DNA from: Chlorokybus atmophyticus
Lineage: Eukaryota > Plantae > Mesostigma and Chlorokybus algae
Direction: 5' to 3'
DNA length: 64,000 nucleotides
NCBI GenBank assembly: GCA_009103225.1
Contig: RHPI01002220.1
Span: 50,571-114,570, forward strand
In this document: positions 25,313 through 38,166 of the stretch, one piece after another
Layout of the letters: each line of letters starts with the position of its first letter
Position numbering within the stretch: position 1 is the first letter of the stretch
The notes under the pieces: generated by a model
Databases searched by the model: none
The model's input: the letters and a program-made list of their open reading frames with translations, nothing else
What the model was told of the DNA's origin: nothing
Position numbers and translations under genes: made by a program

Positions 25313-26575
25313 GTGTGTCTTATATCGGGCGTCTTCGTCGGGTGGCTCGTCAAGGTGTGGGTCGTATGGGGATAGTGTGGGTGTGGGTGTGGGTGTGGGT
25401 GTTCACTATCGCCTGCGCATATGGGTGTGTGTGCGTGCTTGAAGCATGTGTATGTATGTGTTCAGGTGCGAGTGTGTGCGTTGGCATGTGTCCGTGTCCG
25501 TGTGAATACGCGGTGGTGCGTAATCGTGCGCGTGTCACATGCACTTGTCGCTGCCCTCTTATCTACCTCTCACTTCAGGTTCTCAATGAGGATGAAGCGA
25601 GTGCGATCGGCCCCTTGTATGCAGCCTGTACGCCATCATCGTCTCCTTCCATCTTTCTGCCTCGCGGCGATGTCGTTGACGTGCGAGGTGCAGCGGCGAT
25701 ATATACGCTTTGCCGGTACCGGGTTTATTTATTGTTGTGTATAAAGCTTCTTGGCTCATGCTTCAGCTTGTTGTGTCTGCATGACTTAGCTTGCCAAGAA
25801 AACAGGCTGAGCGGAGCACTTGCAGTATATCTGTAGTGACAGCTGTGTACATATTTGTATGAGTGAGTAGTGGGTTTGAAAGGTCTGTGAATTGGTGTAA
25901 AAGAGAATGTCGGTAGGTGGTTGCCATCAACCAAGAGAAGCCGTCAATTGGGTTTGCAAGAGTGCAAATGTGTGTGCAAGCATGCATAGCAAGAATTGCA
26001 ACAATCATGCCATCAAGCACAACAAAAAAAACTTGAGGAGGCCTATAGTGGTGCCCACACACTATTTATCAATCAGAACTAGACCACAACCACTACAGCA
26101 CAAGCACGGGAAGATTGCAGCAGACAGACAGGTAGGCAACCAAGGATGTGACCACATGCAATGCAGCCTCAACAATAGCTGCCCCTCGCGTGTATGTGTC
26201 CACCGATCAACGCGACTGAAGGCTGACAACGATGACCTCGCGATTGTGCTACCGCCGCCCCCCTCTCTCAATCACACATGCTAGCGCACTGCCTCGAGCC
26301 GCACAACTGTAGTAGTAGTCATCTTCCATGTTTGGAGACGTCTCCGAACATGGAAGGTGACTACTAACCCCGTGTACAGGGGGAGCTTGGGAAGGGGGGT
26401 AAGTATGTACGTGTACGAGTTTGTAGACCCGCAAGGCAGCTGACAGCTTCAAGTCACGCATATCTAAATCTCAGATTTTCAAAGAGTGTCGCGAGCCACA
26501 ACCTACCAGAACTATCCTTGTTTTGTGACGTTTCAAGCGGATAGTTCTGGTAGGAGTAGGCGCAGTTTTCTACTT
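25313..26575 (+). pseudogene. Decayed inverted partial duplicate of the DUF2270 3' end and downstream flank (source about 11440-12400)
   Basis: Co-linear matches: ATATCGGGCGTCTTC..GGCTC.TCAAGGTGTG, CAGGT.CT.AATGAGGATGA.GCGAGTGC, GGCGATGTCGTTGACGTG, GCAGCGGCGATATATACGCT, GACTTAGCTTGCCAAGAAAAC, AGCATGCATAGCAA, GGAGGCCTATA, CTGACAGCTT..GTCACGCAT, CCTACCAGA, AGTAGGCGCA. Indels disrupt the exon and the stop TGA became CGA. Confidence 0.85.
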
Positions 26576-27007
26576 TGGTTTGCGACCACCCTCCGAGAAC
26601 CTTGAACCAAGGATGCCTGACTTTGGGCTGTCAGCAACCCGACGGGTCCACATGGGAACCCCACTTCGCCCCGCTCCCCTTGCCTCCAAACGTGAAAGGT
26701 GCTACCAATGCAGCAGTGTAGTGTAGGCAATCCGAGAAAGTGCACGCATGTGTGGCGGGGTGGCGGCACAGTCCTAGGGTCAATGCCGGTAGTGTCCAGT
26801 CCCATCCGCGTGCGCATGCATGCACGCACGCACGCAGAGACAGAGACAGAAAGAGCGTTGCACGTAGATGTTGCTAATGAGCGGCAAGCACGCACGCTCG
26901 CACACACGCGCGCGCATACACATTGCATCAGAAGTGAGACATGCCACCAGGGGCCGGGGACGCAGGCCGTCCAAGCCCAACCACCCCACCACCTCATAAT
27001 AACGACT

Positions 27008-30000
27008 TCACGATATCCCAAGGATGGTCCTAATCTGCGCCGGCGAATGCCTCACATTCACTCCTCTCTCCGCATACTTCATCGCCGGGTCCGCCACCAC
27101 CGCATAGATCGCATCGTACGCCTCCGCCACCCCTCTTCCCACCCTATTAGCTGCATCACTCCTCACACGCGGCGGCTGAATGCGCTCACACTCCGGCACG
27201 AGTGAAGAACCCGTTGCCAAGCGTGTGTACAGAGCACGGAGGGACTCGGAGACAGCTGTTGGAGACAGTATGGAAGGGATGTCATCGTCGTCGAGGGTGG
27301 ACACGTCGATGGTGGAGAGCTTCAGGCGACGGGCGGCGTCAACCTTGTCGAGGAGACCGCAGTCGGTGAGGATGCCGGACACCTCCGCGTCCACGATGGC
27401 CTGCGATGAAAGGGGGAGAGAGGTGGACTTCTGTGTGTAGGGGGGAGGGTCGGTGGGTGTTGGCACTGGCTGTAAGTGAGATCCTGGTAGTAGTGATACC
27501 AGAAGGACGCGAAAGCGGTTCTGGTAGCAGCAAGCTAGTGGTGCTGATGATACCAGCGCATGCTGCTGCTACTAGCACCCCTAGTACCAGTTCTCTCCAA
27601 CAGCATGACCAGTAGTGTGTTCTTGGTGCCCATGCTGATGGCTAGTGTCACTGTATAGTAGAGGGTGATACTATGTATTGTTATCACCAGGAGCGGCACT
27701 GCAACTGGCACCAGCCATGCCAGCAGTGCCAGTACTATACTGTACTGTGCCAGTACCAGTACCAGTACCGGACTAATGCCAGCGAACTGGTAGCACAGTG
27801 ACAGTGTTGCTGCCACAACCCACACTGGGGACTGCCAGTACCAAAACCGACTGATTCGCAAACACTTGTTGCACGTGTTGCAGAGAGTTGTGTCTTTGCA
27901 AACACACACGCACCTTAAGGTGGTCTTCGAGTGCGAACGTTATGGCCTCCACGCGCGCTGCCGCGACACGGTGCGTCTGCAGCGGCTGCTGGATGGCGGC
28001 GAGGCAGTTGATGAGGAACACGCGCCGCGTGACGTCCGGCACGCGATGATCGCTTGCTGACGTTGACGTCGTTGTTGTTGATGTTGAGTTTGAGGTTGTT
28101 GTTGAAACGGAGGAGCTGCGCACTGCCGGCAACTGCAACTGGCTGTCGATGCCGGTGCCGCTGCTCGGACGCCGGCTCGGAGGCTTCTTGGCTGAGAGCT
28201 GCTCAGCGCTGCGCTCGCACATCTGATGGAGATGCACACACAGTGATGGGGTTTGTGTTGGGTTGAGAGTTGCTGATGAAAGCAGTCAGACTTGGACACT
28301 ATTGCCAGTTCTGGTGTACTTGTGTTTGTGCTACATGTCCAAAATGCACATGTGTGGTGTGGCAAAGCATGCATCTGCACACATGCATGGTCTGTACGTC
28401 AAACACATGTATCGAAAGTTCGAGCATGCCCGCATGCGAGTGCATATGGCTTTGCACGCTCGCACACGCTTATGCGTGTACCTGCAGAAGCGGATCGAGC
28501 ATGGCTGCCAGCACAGGCCCAAAGTCTCCCGACCCCACCACCGACACCATCGCCTGCTCATGAACCTCGAGCATCTCCAGCACTTTGCTCATGGCTGGCA
28601 CACACAACACCAACAACACCCACCTCAGCACCACACCACATCACCACAAAAACCACACCACACCACACCACACCACACCGTGCTTCTCACACCTTCGGGG
28701 ACGGCCGTGGGAGGCGACAGGTCCTGTGGGGGTGGAGGCGGGTAGCGCACGAGTCGGTCTCCCCACGCGCGCAAGCCCTCGAACAGCGTGCGGCTGCCGA
28801 GCTGACCGCACTCGCGGAGGGTGAGGGTCAAGGCCGCGCGGTCGCCCAACCACAACGACACCTGTGTTGTGAAAAGGTAAGGCATTCAAGAGCATGATCT
28901 ATGCAAGTGCGGGTGTGTTTGCACATGCGTATGAGCATGTGTGTACACACTTGTGTCACATGGACACACGCGCGCGCGCACACACGCGCTGGCACGTGCG
29001 TGCTCACACTCACATTCATGCATGCCGACACATGCACATGCATACGCACACACGCACGGATGTGCGCACACCCACGCATCAAGCACCGTGATCAAGACCC
29101 AACCTACCGTGGCGATGTAGAACTCCAGTAGGTTGCACAGTCGGTACGTCAGCACGATATTCGGCTGCGTGGATTGTGTTGCTCCCGCCGCGCCCATCGA
29201 CGACGCCGACACCGACGACGAGGACGAGGAGGTCAGCACCTGCTCCACGCGCACCTTGAACGGGCGACAGACGCCCTCCATGATGCGGTCGAGCACGGAC
29301 GCGACCGACACGTCGTCGTCGTCGGAGGCGGCGCCGTTGTTGTTGGTCCTATCGGCGTCGTGGCCAACGGAAGCGCCGTTCTGATGAGCGGAGGGGGTGG
29401 ACACCGGCAGCTCGTCGTTTTCCCTGCATATTGCGCCACACGACAAAGATACTGTTCTCGTCTCTTGACGCACGCATGCACATGCCCACACGCCCGCCCG
29501 CACGCACGCGCACACAAAATACTCACAACACATGAAGCACACAACCACCCACCTCGGCGAGGACGGTGTCGGCGAAAGCGCCCCCGGCTCCCCAAACAGC
29601 GTCAACGCCAGCTCCCTCTCAGACGCCAACGCCTGCACACACACCACCCACTCTAAACCCACTCTAACCCCAACACCCACACCAAGCTCCACCCACACGT
29701 ACAAACAACCCCTACCTGATGCAGCCACGCCAACATGTCCCCAATGTATCGCCTCGGATCGTGCGCGTGAAGCTCGATCGGCCGCGGGGTCCCGCCCGGC
29801 CCGCCGCGAGTCAACGCGCCTATAAACCTTCTGAACAGCGCGTTGTGTCGCGTGTTGGCCACCTACGGAGTGTGAGTGTGAATGTGGGTATGTGGGGGTG
29901 TGGGTATGTGGGGGTGTGGCAATGTGGGGATGTACCTCCTCGGCGCAGTATTTGTAGAGTACGGGTCTGTCTCTCAGGGCGCGCGCGGCCATGCGGAGGA

Positions 30001-32432
30001 GGTCGGACACCTCGGGGGTGTCGCTGTCGCCGAGGGCGCGGCACTCGGCTTGCACCCACCTGCGTGCGTGCGTGTGTGCATGCACACAATTGCAATCGTG
30101 TACGCACCTCACAACACTATGTGTGCAACAATGCACTTGATTTGTTGTATCAATACATGTACAATGCAGACGTGTGTTGCTCTGATGTACACATGTGTAG
30201 TGTATATACTTATGCAACTGCGCGCGCGCGTGCTTGCGTGTGCATGCGTGTGCGCATGTGTACGTAAGTTGCTGCTGCATTCAATTGTTCGCAAGAGAGA
30301 GATACAAGAAGAGCTCAAGAACGCACCTGCATAGCCGCTCGTACGCCGCCTCTTGGTACACCGCCATGACGTCCATGAGTTCCAACCCCGCCCGCTTCAA
30401 CCCAGAACACACACACAACCCGCCACGTCAACCCTCGCACCACCACCACAACATTAACCCTGCACCACCACCAAGCCTCACACTCACTTGGTGGTGCGTC
30501 CGCAGCAGCACTTTGCAGTTGGCGTGGATCTGATGCACGCGGTTGAGCGCCTTGAAGAAGCGCTCGTCCAGCGGGTCCTCGCGCAACGCAACGACCTACA
30601 CAGCGTAACATCAAAGTGTTGTATTACTCAGTAAAGTGTTGTGTACTGTTTGTGATGCTGTTCACACGAGCAACTCTGCAGTTCTGTAGCACGGTATAGA
30701 GTCACATAGTGTACTGTAGTACCCTGTGCACTGTAGTATAGCCTACTGCAGTGCAGTAAGCTGTAGTCTAGCATAGTAGAGATGCAGTGGCGCGCGTGCG
30801 GGCGTGTGCGCGCATGTGAGTGTGGGCGTGTGCGAGCACGCGTGTGTGGGTATGGGCGTGTGGGCGTGTGCCTGTGCCTGTACGTGGGTGCGTGGGTGCG
30901 CGTGGGTGCGTGCGCGTGCACATGCACCCACGCACGTTTCTGCGTGTGCCTGTGTGTGACACTCCATCATTGTGTATCGGTGATGAAGAGGATGCGTGCC
31001 CACCTCGTCTGGCGTGAGTTGGTACGACCTCAGGAACGCCCCGATCAGCTCCCTCCTCCTCCCATTGGCGTCCAGTTCCTGCCTCATCCGCTCCGTCGCG
31101 GCGACGAGTTCGCTGGTGGCGCCGGACGACTCCGAGAGCGCCGAGGCGATGCGGTCCACGGCGGACAAGAGGGCCAGGGACTCGGACTCGACCTGCCGGG
31201 GNNNNNNNNNNNNNNNNNNNNNNNNNNNNNNNNNNNNNNNNNNNNNNNNNNNNNNNNNNNNNNNNNNNNNNNNNNNNNNNNNNNNNNNNNNNNNNNNNNN
31301 NNNNNNNNNNNNNNNNNNNNNNNNNNNNNNNNNNNNNNNNNNNNNNNNNNNNNNNNNNNNNNNNNNNNNNNNNNNNNNNNNNNNNNNNNNNNNNNNNNNN
31401 NNNNNNNNNNNNNNNNNNNNNNNNNNNNNNNNNNNNNNNNNNNNNNNNNNNNNNNNNNNNNNNNNNNNNNNNNNNNNNNNNNNNNNNNNNNNNNNNNNNN
31501 NNNNNNNNNNNNNNNNNNNNNNNNNNNNNNNGGGGGGGGGGAGTGGATGTGAGGTTGGTGAGGTGCGGTTGTGAGGACGATGATTGGGTTGATGTGTGGT
31601 TTCTGATGCCAATGAGATGACAGCGTTGCATTGGCATGACGCACGCGCACGTGCATGCAAAGGCACGCCTGCGTTTGCGCCCGCTAGTGCATGCACGCGA
31701 ACGCACTAGTGTGTGCGTGTGCAAAAACGCAGGAATGCACATACGCACGCAAAGACACGCGCTCGCATGCACGCGCGCGCACTATTGGGTGCGTGTGTGG
31801 GTGCCTGTGCGAAAACACACGTGCGCGGGGGGTGCATGTGCACTTGTGCACGCACCCCCCTTTTGTGCGCGCCAGTGCACGCGCGCAAATGCATCGATGA
31901 GATTAGGTATGCACACATGCAAACGCAACCACCCACGCGCACGCGCACACACACGCTCCGTCCCCCTCCCCCCACCTTATCCAGCGCCTCCTGCGCCCGT
32001 TCGCTGGCGGCGACGAACGCCCCGTTGATCCCGACGCCGCGCCGCTCGATGGTCGCGCGGAGGGCGCGCCGGGCCGCGGGGGTGTTCTCGGCCGGGTAGA
32101 AGTCGGACAGGGCGGAGAGGGCGGAGAGGACCTCGGGGGCGTCGGTGCGGACCTGGGTGGAGGGGTGGGTGGGTGAGTGCGTGCGCGTGCGGGTGTGCAT
32201 GCACGTGCGTGCACGAGTGCAAAGATCATGCATGTGTTTCTTTGTTGGGTCGTTGACTTTGCTTCTGTGCATGTGCGTGTGCGTGTGTGCGTGCGCCAGC
32301 AACTGCAGGTGTGCGTGCGTGCGTGCATGCGTGGGCGTGGGCATGTGCGCGCGCGTCTGTGCGCACATGTGCGTGTGCGTGTACGTGCGTGCACGATTGC
32401 ATAACTCTGCACATATTTCTGTGTTGTTGGCC

Positions 32433-32478
<46 letters not shown>

Positions 32479-32889
32479 ATGATTGCATATGTGCATGTGC
32501 GTGCATCTGCGCATGTGGATATGCATGCACAATGACGCTCGCGCCTGTTGTGTGCGTGTGTCTGTATGTCTGCATAGTGGTAGATTGCAGAAGAATTGGA
32601 CTACAGTGATGCTTTGTTGACAAGTACTGAAGCGAAATGCCTATGCCTAGCATGACATGACATGACATGCAGGCCGTGCCCTCGCCAACTGGAGATTACA
32701 CCAGACCACACCATAAAACACAATGACACATATGTCCATTCAATCCATCAATTAAAATATGATCATCTCATGACAACATTGACTAGGGAGTCTTGATCAT
32801 TCAGAGTTTTTTTGAATACTCGGGAATGCAGGTCGGACACAATCACTCAACAGTCCAAAGGTGTCAATACAGAAACAAATCAACCCTCC

Positions 32890-32921
<32 letters not shown>

Positions 32922-33161
32922 TACTCACCCACAAGCACTCAAAACTAGCCACACCCACAAACAAGTCAAGGCTGTGATATGTGTTTTTCAGTCAGCAATG
33001 CAAAATGGACGGATGACTGTAGGCTTTCACATTTGCCCCAATCCATCTCACTCACTCTCTCTCACCTCCAGCACTTTCCGCAGCTTGCGGGCCAGTCCAG
33101 GCGCCAGCTGCCCCGCGGAGGCGGCGGAGGAGGACGACATGGGCAACGACGACGTCGCCAT
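27008..33161 (-). CDS. COG6: Conserved oligomeric Golgi complex subunit 6, multi-exon; the N gap lies in an intron
   Basis: MATSS...[166 protein letters not shown]. Confidence 0.96.
31202..31531. other. Assembly gap inside a COG6 intron
   Basis: N run flanked by G tracts. Flanking exons join as ALDK|VESES in frame, matching COG6, so no exon appears missing. Confidence 0.9.
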
Positions 33162-33899
33162 CGCCGCCGTGCATGCGCCGCTCCTCCGCCTCTCAGTACA
33201 ACCCTACCTGCAACAACCTGCTGGCGGAGGAGCAGGCGGAGCAAGCGGCGGCGGCGGCCGCAGCTAAGGAGTTGGTGCGGCGGATGGCAGGATAGAGTAG
33301 ATGGCGTAAAGTATAGGGAGCAAGGAGGTGGGTTCAGGGAGTGGTGACAGTTGTAAGCCGTTGCAACCAAGTTACTCGCTTAGTCATCACGCATTCACTC
33401 CTTCGTTGCTTCAGCCTTGTTCGTTCATTCATTCATTCAACCGTTTGCTTATTTGGTCAAGCATCTTTTCATTTGAATCATGAATTGTCCAACTCACTGC
33501 TGTGTGCATGGAGTCATGCACTCAAGTCAGCGCAAGTACAAAGCGCACAACCAATTATAATCAAAGGTCAGTGCATGAATTCAATGAAGCCTTGCAGTCT
33601 AGCAGTGAAGTGCACAATGCACGCACCACAGCAGTGCTCAGCAACACAACTGCTATGAAGAGCAACCTGAGCAGCATGCAGGTCAGCATGATGAACTTCA
33701 GCCTGTGCGCACACAATATCCACAATCGCAGTGCACATGTTATGAGTGAAGTGGCAGCCATCAAGGTTGCTTACGGGAGGGTATCGAGCGTTTACATCTA
33801 CAGTGACTCCAATTGAATTGCTATAGCTATAGCAGTACACTACATATATGCTCACAGTATAAATGTTGGCTCATACCTACGTGTTACGTACCATGCGCG

Positions 33900-36800
33900 C
33901 GCGAGTATCATCGCTATGCTGCTCAAACTCTTGAGCTTTATCTACACTCTCTTCTTCCGTCGGCAGCTGCGGCAGTTGCCTTACGACATCATCATTATCG
34001 TGCTGGGGTTGAACTAATGCCAACTCATTGACACTCTCATTGTGTGCATTGTCGGCCTCGTTGCTCGCACGGATGCTCTCATTGCGCGCATACGGCTCCG
34101 CTGGCAGCTTCTCCATGTCAGGGTTATGAAACGTGTTCATCGGGCTGTCGCTGCTCATGCCACTGCTGTTGCCAGCTGGCAGTAGAGCTTTGGCACTGGA
34201 CGACTGCGACAGTGGCTCAGGATGGACCTGTCATTGGTATTGGAGTTGGTTCTTGCAGTTGTACTCGAAAAGGTATAAGTTTTGGTGTGGTGACATGCGT
34301 ATGTTGTTGTCTCACCTTTGAGGTGGGTGTGTTGTTTGTGTCTTTGCCGAACAGCGCTCTGTGCATCTTGTAGTAAAACACTTTCGGCGAGCTAGGCGGC
34401 TCCACCCAAGGCAATCTGTTGGCATTATCACGACCGGTTAGCAGAGCAATAACATCACGTCATCTGACCACAGCACAAAATAATAAATATGTGTGTACAA
34501 GCGCTGCGGCAACAGTGTTTCTTACATGGCGTTGCTGCTGGTCAGATGAATGTCTACTGTCCAGAACCACCTGTTCACACAAGGTATCAGATGTTGCCAA
34601 GCCAAACTGCGTCAAGTTCAGCACCACGCAGAGTTTACCAGCACACAACTTCAACAACGAGTTAGTTGGTTCACTCACGCAGCCTCGATGCGCTCGATTT
34701 GGTTGTCTACTTGCTTTGCCATCCATCCGAAGCACCCGCCGCGCGCGTTCCTGGTTCAGCAGGGCATGCATGGTTATCTCAAACGCGCAATCGCTTTCAC
34801 ATGTGTACGAATGATGCGCGTATTGATGGCTTGTGTCCGGACACTATATATGACAAGTTACACACAGAAATCCTGAGTAAGGAGACTGTCAGCACCTGTT
34901 CCATTCTGACACCGTCTCGGTGAACTGCAGCAGGTCTTCGCGCGACACGGGCCACCTCCATGACGTGTGCTTGTGCTCGAGAGGTGCCTAAGGCAAAATC
35001 CCAACAATGAACGGTACCACCCGTTATGTCGTGTGTCACACATCAGCACCAAAGTGGATGGCTGCGCACCACCCACCTCTCTGCATATTCTCAGCTTTTC
35101 ACGCGTCCAGTGTTCTCCCCTGGCCTTCAGATACTATGAAGAGCACAAGGGACTGTTTGAAAGTTGTCTAAGTTTGCTCCAGACACACAGTAACAGCGTT
35201 GCATATATTCTACGCATGCGCTCACAGCCATGCACACACACGCAGGCACGCACCTGAACCAACCGCATTTCGCTTACGACTACTAAGTCGGGCCAGCCCG
35301 TCCTGATAAGTTGCTGCGACAATGACAGTGTTGAAGGCATGGTCAAGCAGTTGATGGTTGTGGCAATGATAATGCAACAAGATTCACCTGAACTTCAGGA
35401 GTCTCAACCAGCTTTGAAAATGTCACCAGATGCGATTCAAAGTCAATGTGCGTCACACAAGCTATGTACACGCCAAGCAGGACTGATATCACCGACTTGC
35501 CCCAGTCCAGGTAGCTAGAGCTGTTGTTGTGGGCCTGTGTGTGTACGCGAAACACCTTCGTTGAAAATGTCATGCAACATGCACCCAACAGTGCATAAAA
35601 CAACATGACACTATTGTACCTGCACTGCGGTAGAGATGGCCACAATCAGGCCGCCGCCACTCATGATCAAGAACCGCCGATATGCGTACATCGCGCGGTT
35701 CTCAAAGTCAACCATGATGAAGAAGGGTAGGTACAAATTGTACAAGTTCTGCGCAAGGTTCAATCTTGTGAGAACATGTGTCCATGGCCTGACAGTGTTT
35801 GAAGACCGTTGTGATGAACTGCAACATAATGAACGCTTGCCGTAGTGCATCCCCATGGCAGCCCTTCATAATGTGACAGCTAAGTGCATGCACGCTTGCC
35901 ACGACTCTCCCAGCTCGGCGGCATCAACATGCAGCAAGTCATATATAGCAAGCACGCGCGACTGAGTCCTACACGTGCACGCGCACATTTGCGGGTACCT
36001 GCGCTGTCGCATACACACAGCATGCATGCACAGAGTAGTAGCATACACCCGCACACATGGACATGCTCACGCTCACTCGCACGCACAAACCTTTTTCCGC
36101 TGCACTTCCGCGATGATGTGTAGTCCCGGCAGCAGCATGAGCAGTACACCGGTCACGGGCCATACGCCCGGCGAGTAGTTCTGTGAGATCCACAATGCGG
36201 CGGACGTCGCGAACACCAGCAGCGGCTTGCAGAGGGACAGCACGCGAAAGGCGCTGCGGAGCCAACGCACGCCAGTCGCTGGCTGAACCACCTGTTGGAT
36301 AACGAAACATATAGATTGAGACAGTGAGGATTATCACAATGGTGGTGGTGGTGGTGGTGTGTTCTTGCGTGCAAGGCGTTGTGGGTTTGTCGTTACCTGG
36401 GCGATGACATCGTTGTAAGGGTACTTGCCCTCCACGAACGGTGTCCTGATGATGACCTGTTGCCATCTGGATGAGTCGTGACATTGAGCCTAGAACGATG
36501 TGAGGGTGGCGTATGAAGTACTTGTGGCGTGCTGTCCGGCAGCAAGCGCGCAAGCATTGAGATATGCTCAAGGGCATGCACACATAACTATGCCTTCATG
36601 CAGACGCTATCATACCATGACACACATCGTCTTAGCAAATCAATCAGTGTCCTGGCTAGTAATCTGAGGGTAACATGATATGTGTGCATGCGTATGTGCG
36701 CTTCCCTATGCCTCCTTGCGCTAGTACGTGTGCGTACAAGGTGTTTTATGCCCTAAGTGCTTGACCAACACATCGCTCTCAAAGACGTCAATTCGTGCTT

Positions 36801-37075
36801 GTGATTCAGATTACTGCTCTCCATCACACTGCATATCAACACTTGCCTCAGGCACCGGCACAGTTGGTACAGCGGGCGGTGCTGTTGTTGTTGAGTTAGA
36901 CGCCATTCTGTGCCAAGCCCACTACAGCACCACTCCTGCAAACCCGCACTGCGCCAAGCCACATGTAGCTCTTCTTTGTGGCTTCATCAACGTTGTTGTT
37001 GGGTGTCGCTGTGGATGTCGTCGGCCGAGGCGGCGGCGGCATCGCCAGCGGACGTTCTGCGCGCACCTGGGACAT
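33900..37075 (-). CDS. Unknown multi-exon membrane protein with several hydrophobic segments; 3' end uncertain (may reach about 33570)
   Basis: Phase-compatible exons: MSQVRAERP...WLGAVR|AQCHDSSRWQQVIIRTPFVEGKYPYNDVIAQ|VVQPATGVRWLRSAFRVLSLCKPLLVFATSAALWISQNYSPGVWPVTGVLLMLLPGLHIIAEVQRKK|SRVLAIYDLL...LYNLYLPFFIMVDFENRAMYAYRRFLIMSGGGLIVAISTAVQ|...WGKSVISVLLGVYIACV..., then an acidic disordered exon at about 34232-33900. Confidence 0.7.
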
Positions 37076-37971
37076 GTCACGTGACGCTTAAGCCTAACGT
37101 AATTGAATGTGTCTATCGCTGTTTAAGAGCGAACGAACGTTGCCGCAAATAGGCTATTTGCGCTATTTGAAATAGCGATGACTGATGTGCAAAGTGCTGC
37201 TGCAGACACAACATGATGCACATAAGCAACACGTTGGGTGCTGCAGTGGAAGTGCCAGTGCCAGGCAGCGCCACGTGGGCAAGGGGTAGCCTGGGGCGGC
37301 GGCGGCGGCGGCCGCGCTGGGGATGGCGGCAGCGGCGGCGGCGGCAGCAGTGGACGCGGCGGCGCTGCACGTGACACTCTCTGGTCCGGCATTTGCAAGT
37401 ATGCAGGGTTTGCTTGCTTGGTCGTAGGGTAATTGTGCGTGAAGCAATCACGCATGAGCAAAATGCATGCACGCACGCCGCTTCTTCACAGTATGCGCAG
37501 AGCATGTTGAACGTTGACGACCGGAAGGTGTTTACAATTCAATGTGCTGCTAAGCTATTGTACCTCAATTAGCGGACAATCCGATCAGTATAGCGACTGC
37601 ATGGTAAAGTAGCTTGTTTACTTGACACTGCCAGAACGTCTAGTTGCGACTTTGAACATACTGTTGCAGTTGGACGACAGGCAAGAAACACAAGGCTGGA
37701 TCATCTTACAAGGCATGCATCTGCAGCAGAGGCTGCTGCAGATGCATGCTGTGACTGTGCGTGCGGTTGTTCCATTTGTGTGCACGTGGCGTTCAACGGC
37801 TGGCAATCCCAGCAGCTGGTGTGAGGGATGGTTTCAAGTTAACCTAACAGAGTCTCGCTACATTGGCATGACTGAGATTGACACCTGGGTTATGCTGTAC
37901 ATTGGTTGTTGAAGCTGCTACCAACACTTCACTGGTTGTATATATACGCTGTTCCAGAGCTCGCGCGTGCG

Positions 37972-38166
37972 ATGCCGAAAGGAGTGAAGAAGTCCGACCT
38001 GCCATCCAAAGTGTGCGTCGTCTGCGGGCTTCCCTTCACGTGGCGTAAGAAGTGGGAGCGCTGCTGGGATGAGGTTACCACGTGCAGCCAGAGGTGTAAC
38101 AACGAGAGGAAACGATTGAAACGGAAACAATCTGATACCAATGGCGAAAGTGATGATTCTTCATAG
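37972..38166 (+). CDS. DUF2256-family small Cys-rich protein, intronless, 64 aa
   Basis: [42 protein letters not shown] matches the DUF2256 pattern LPxKxCxxCxxPFxWRKKWxxxWDEVxxCSxRC. Confidence 0.92.
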   Translation: MPKGVKKSDLPSKVCVVCGLPFTWRKKWERCWDEVTTCSQRCNNERKRLKRKQSDTNGESDDSS

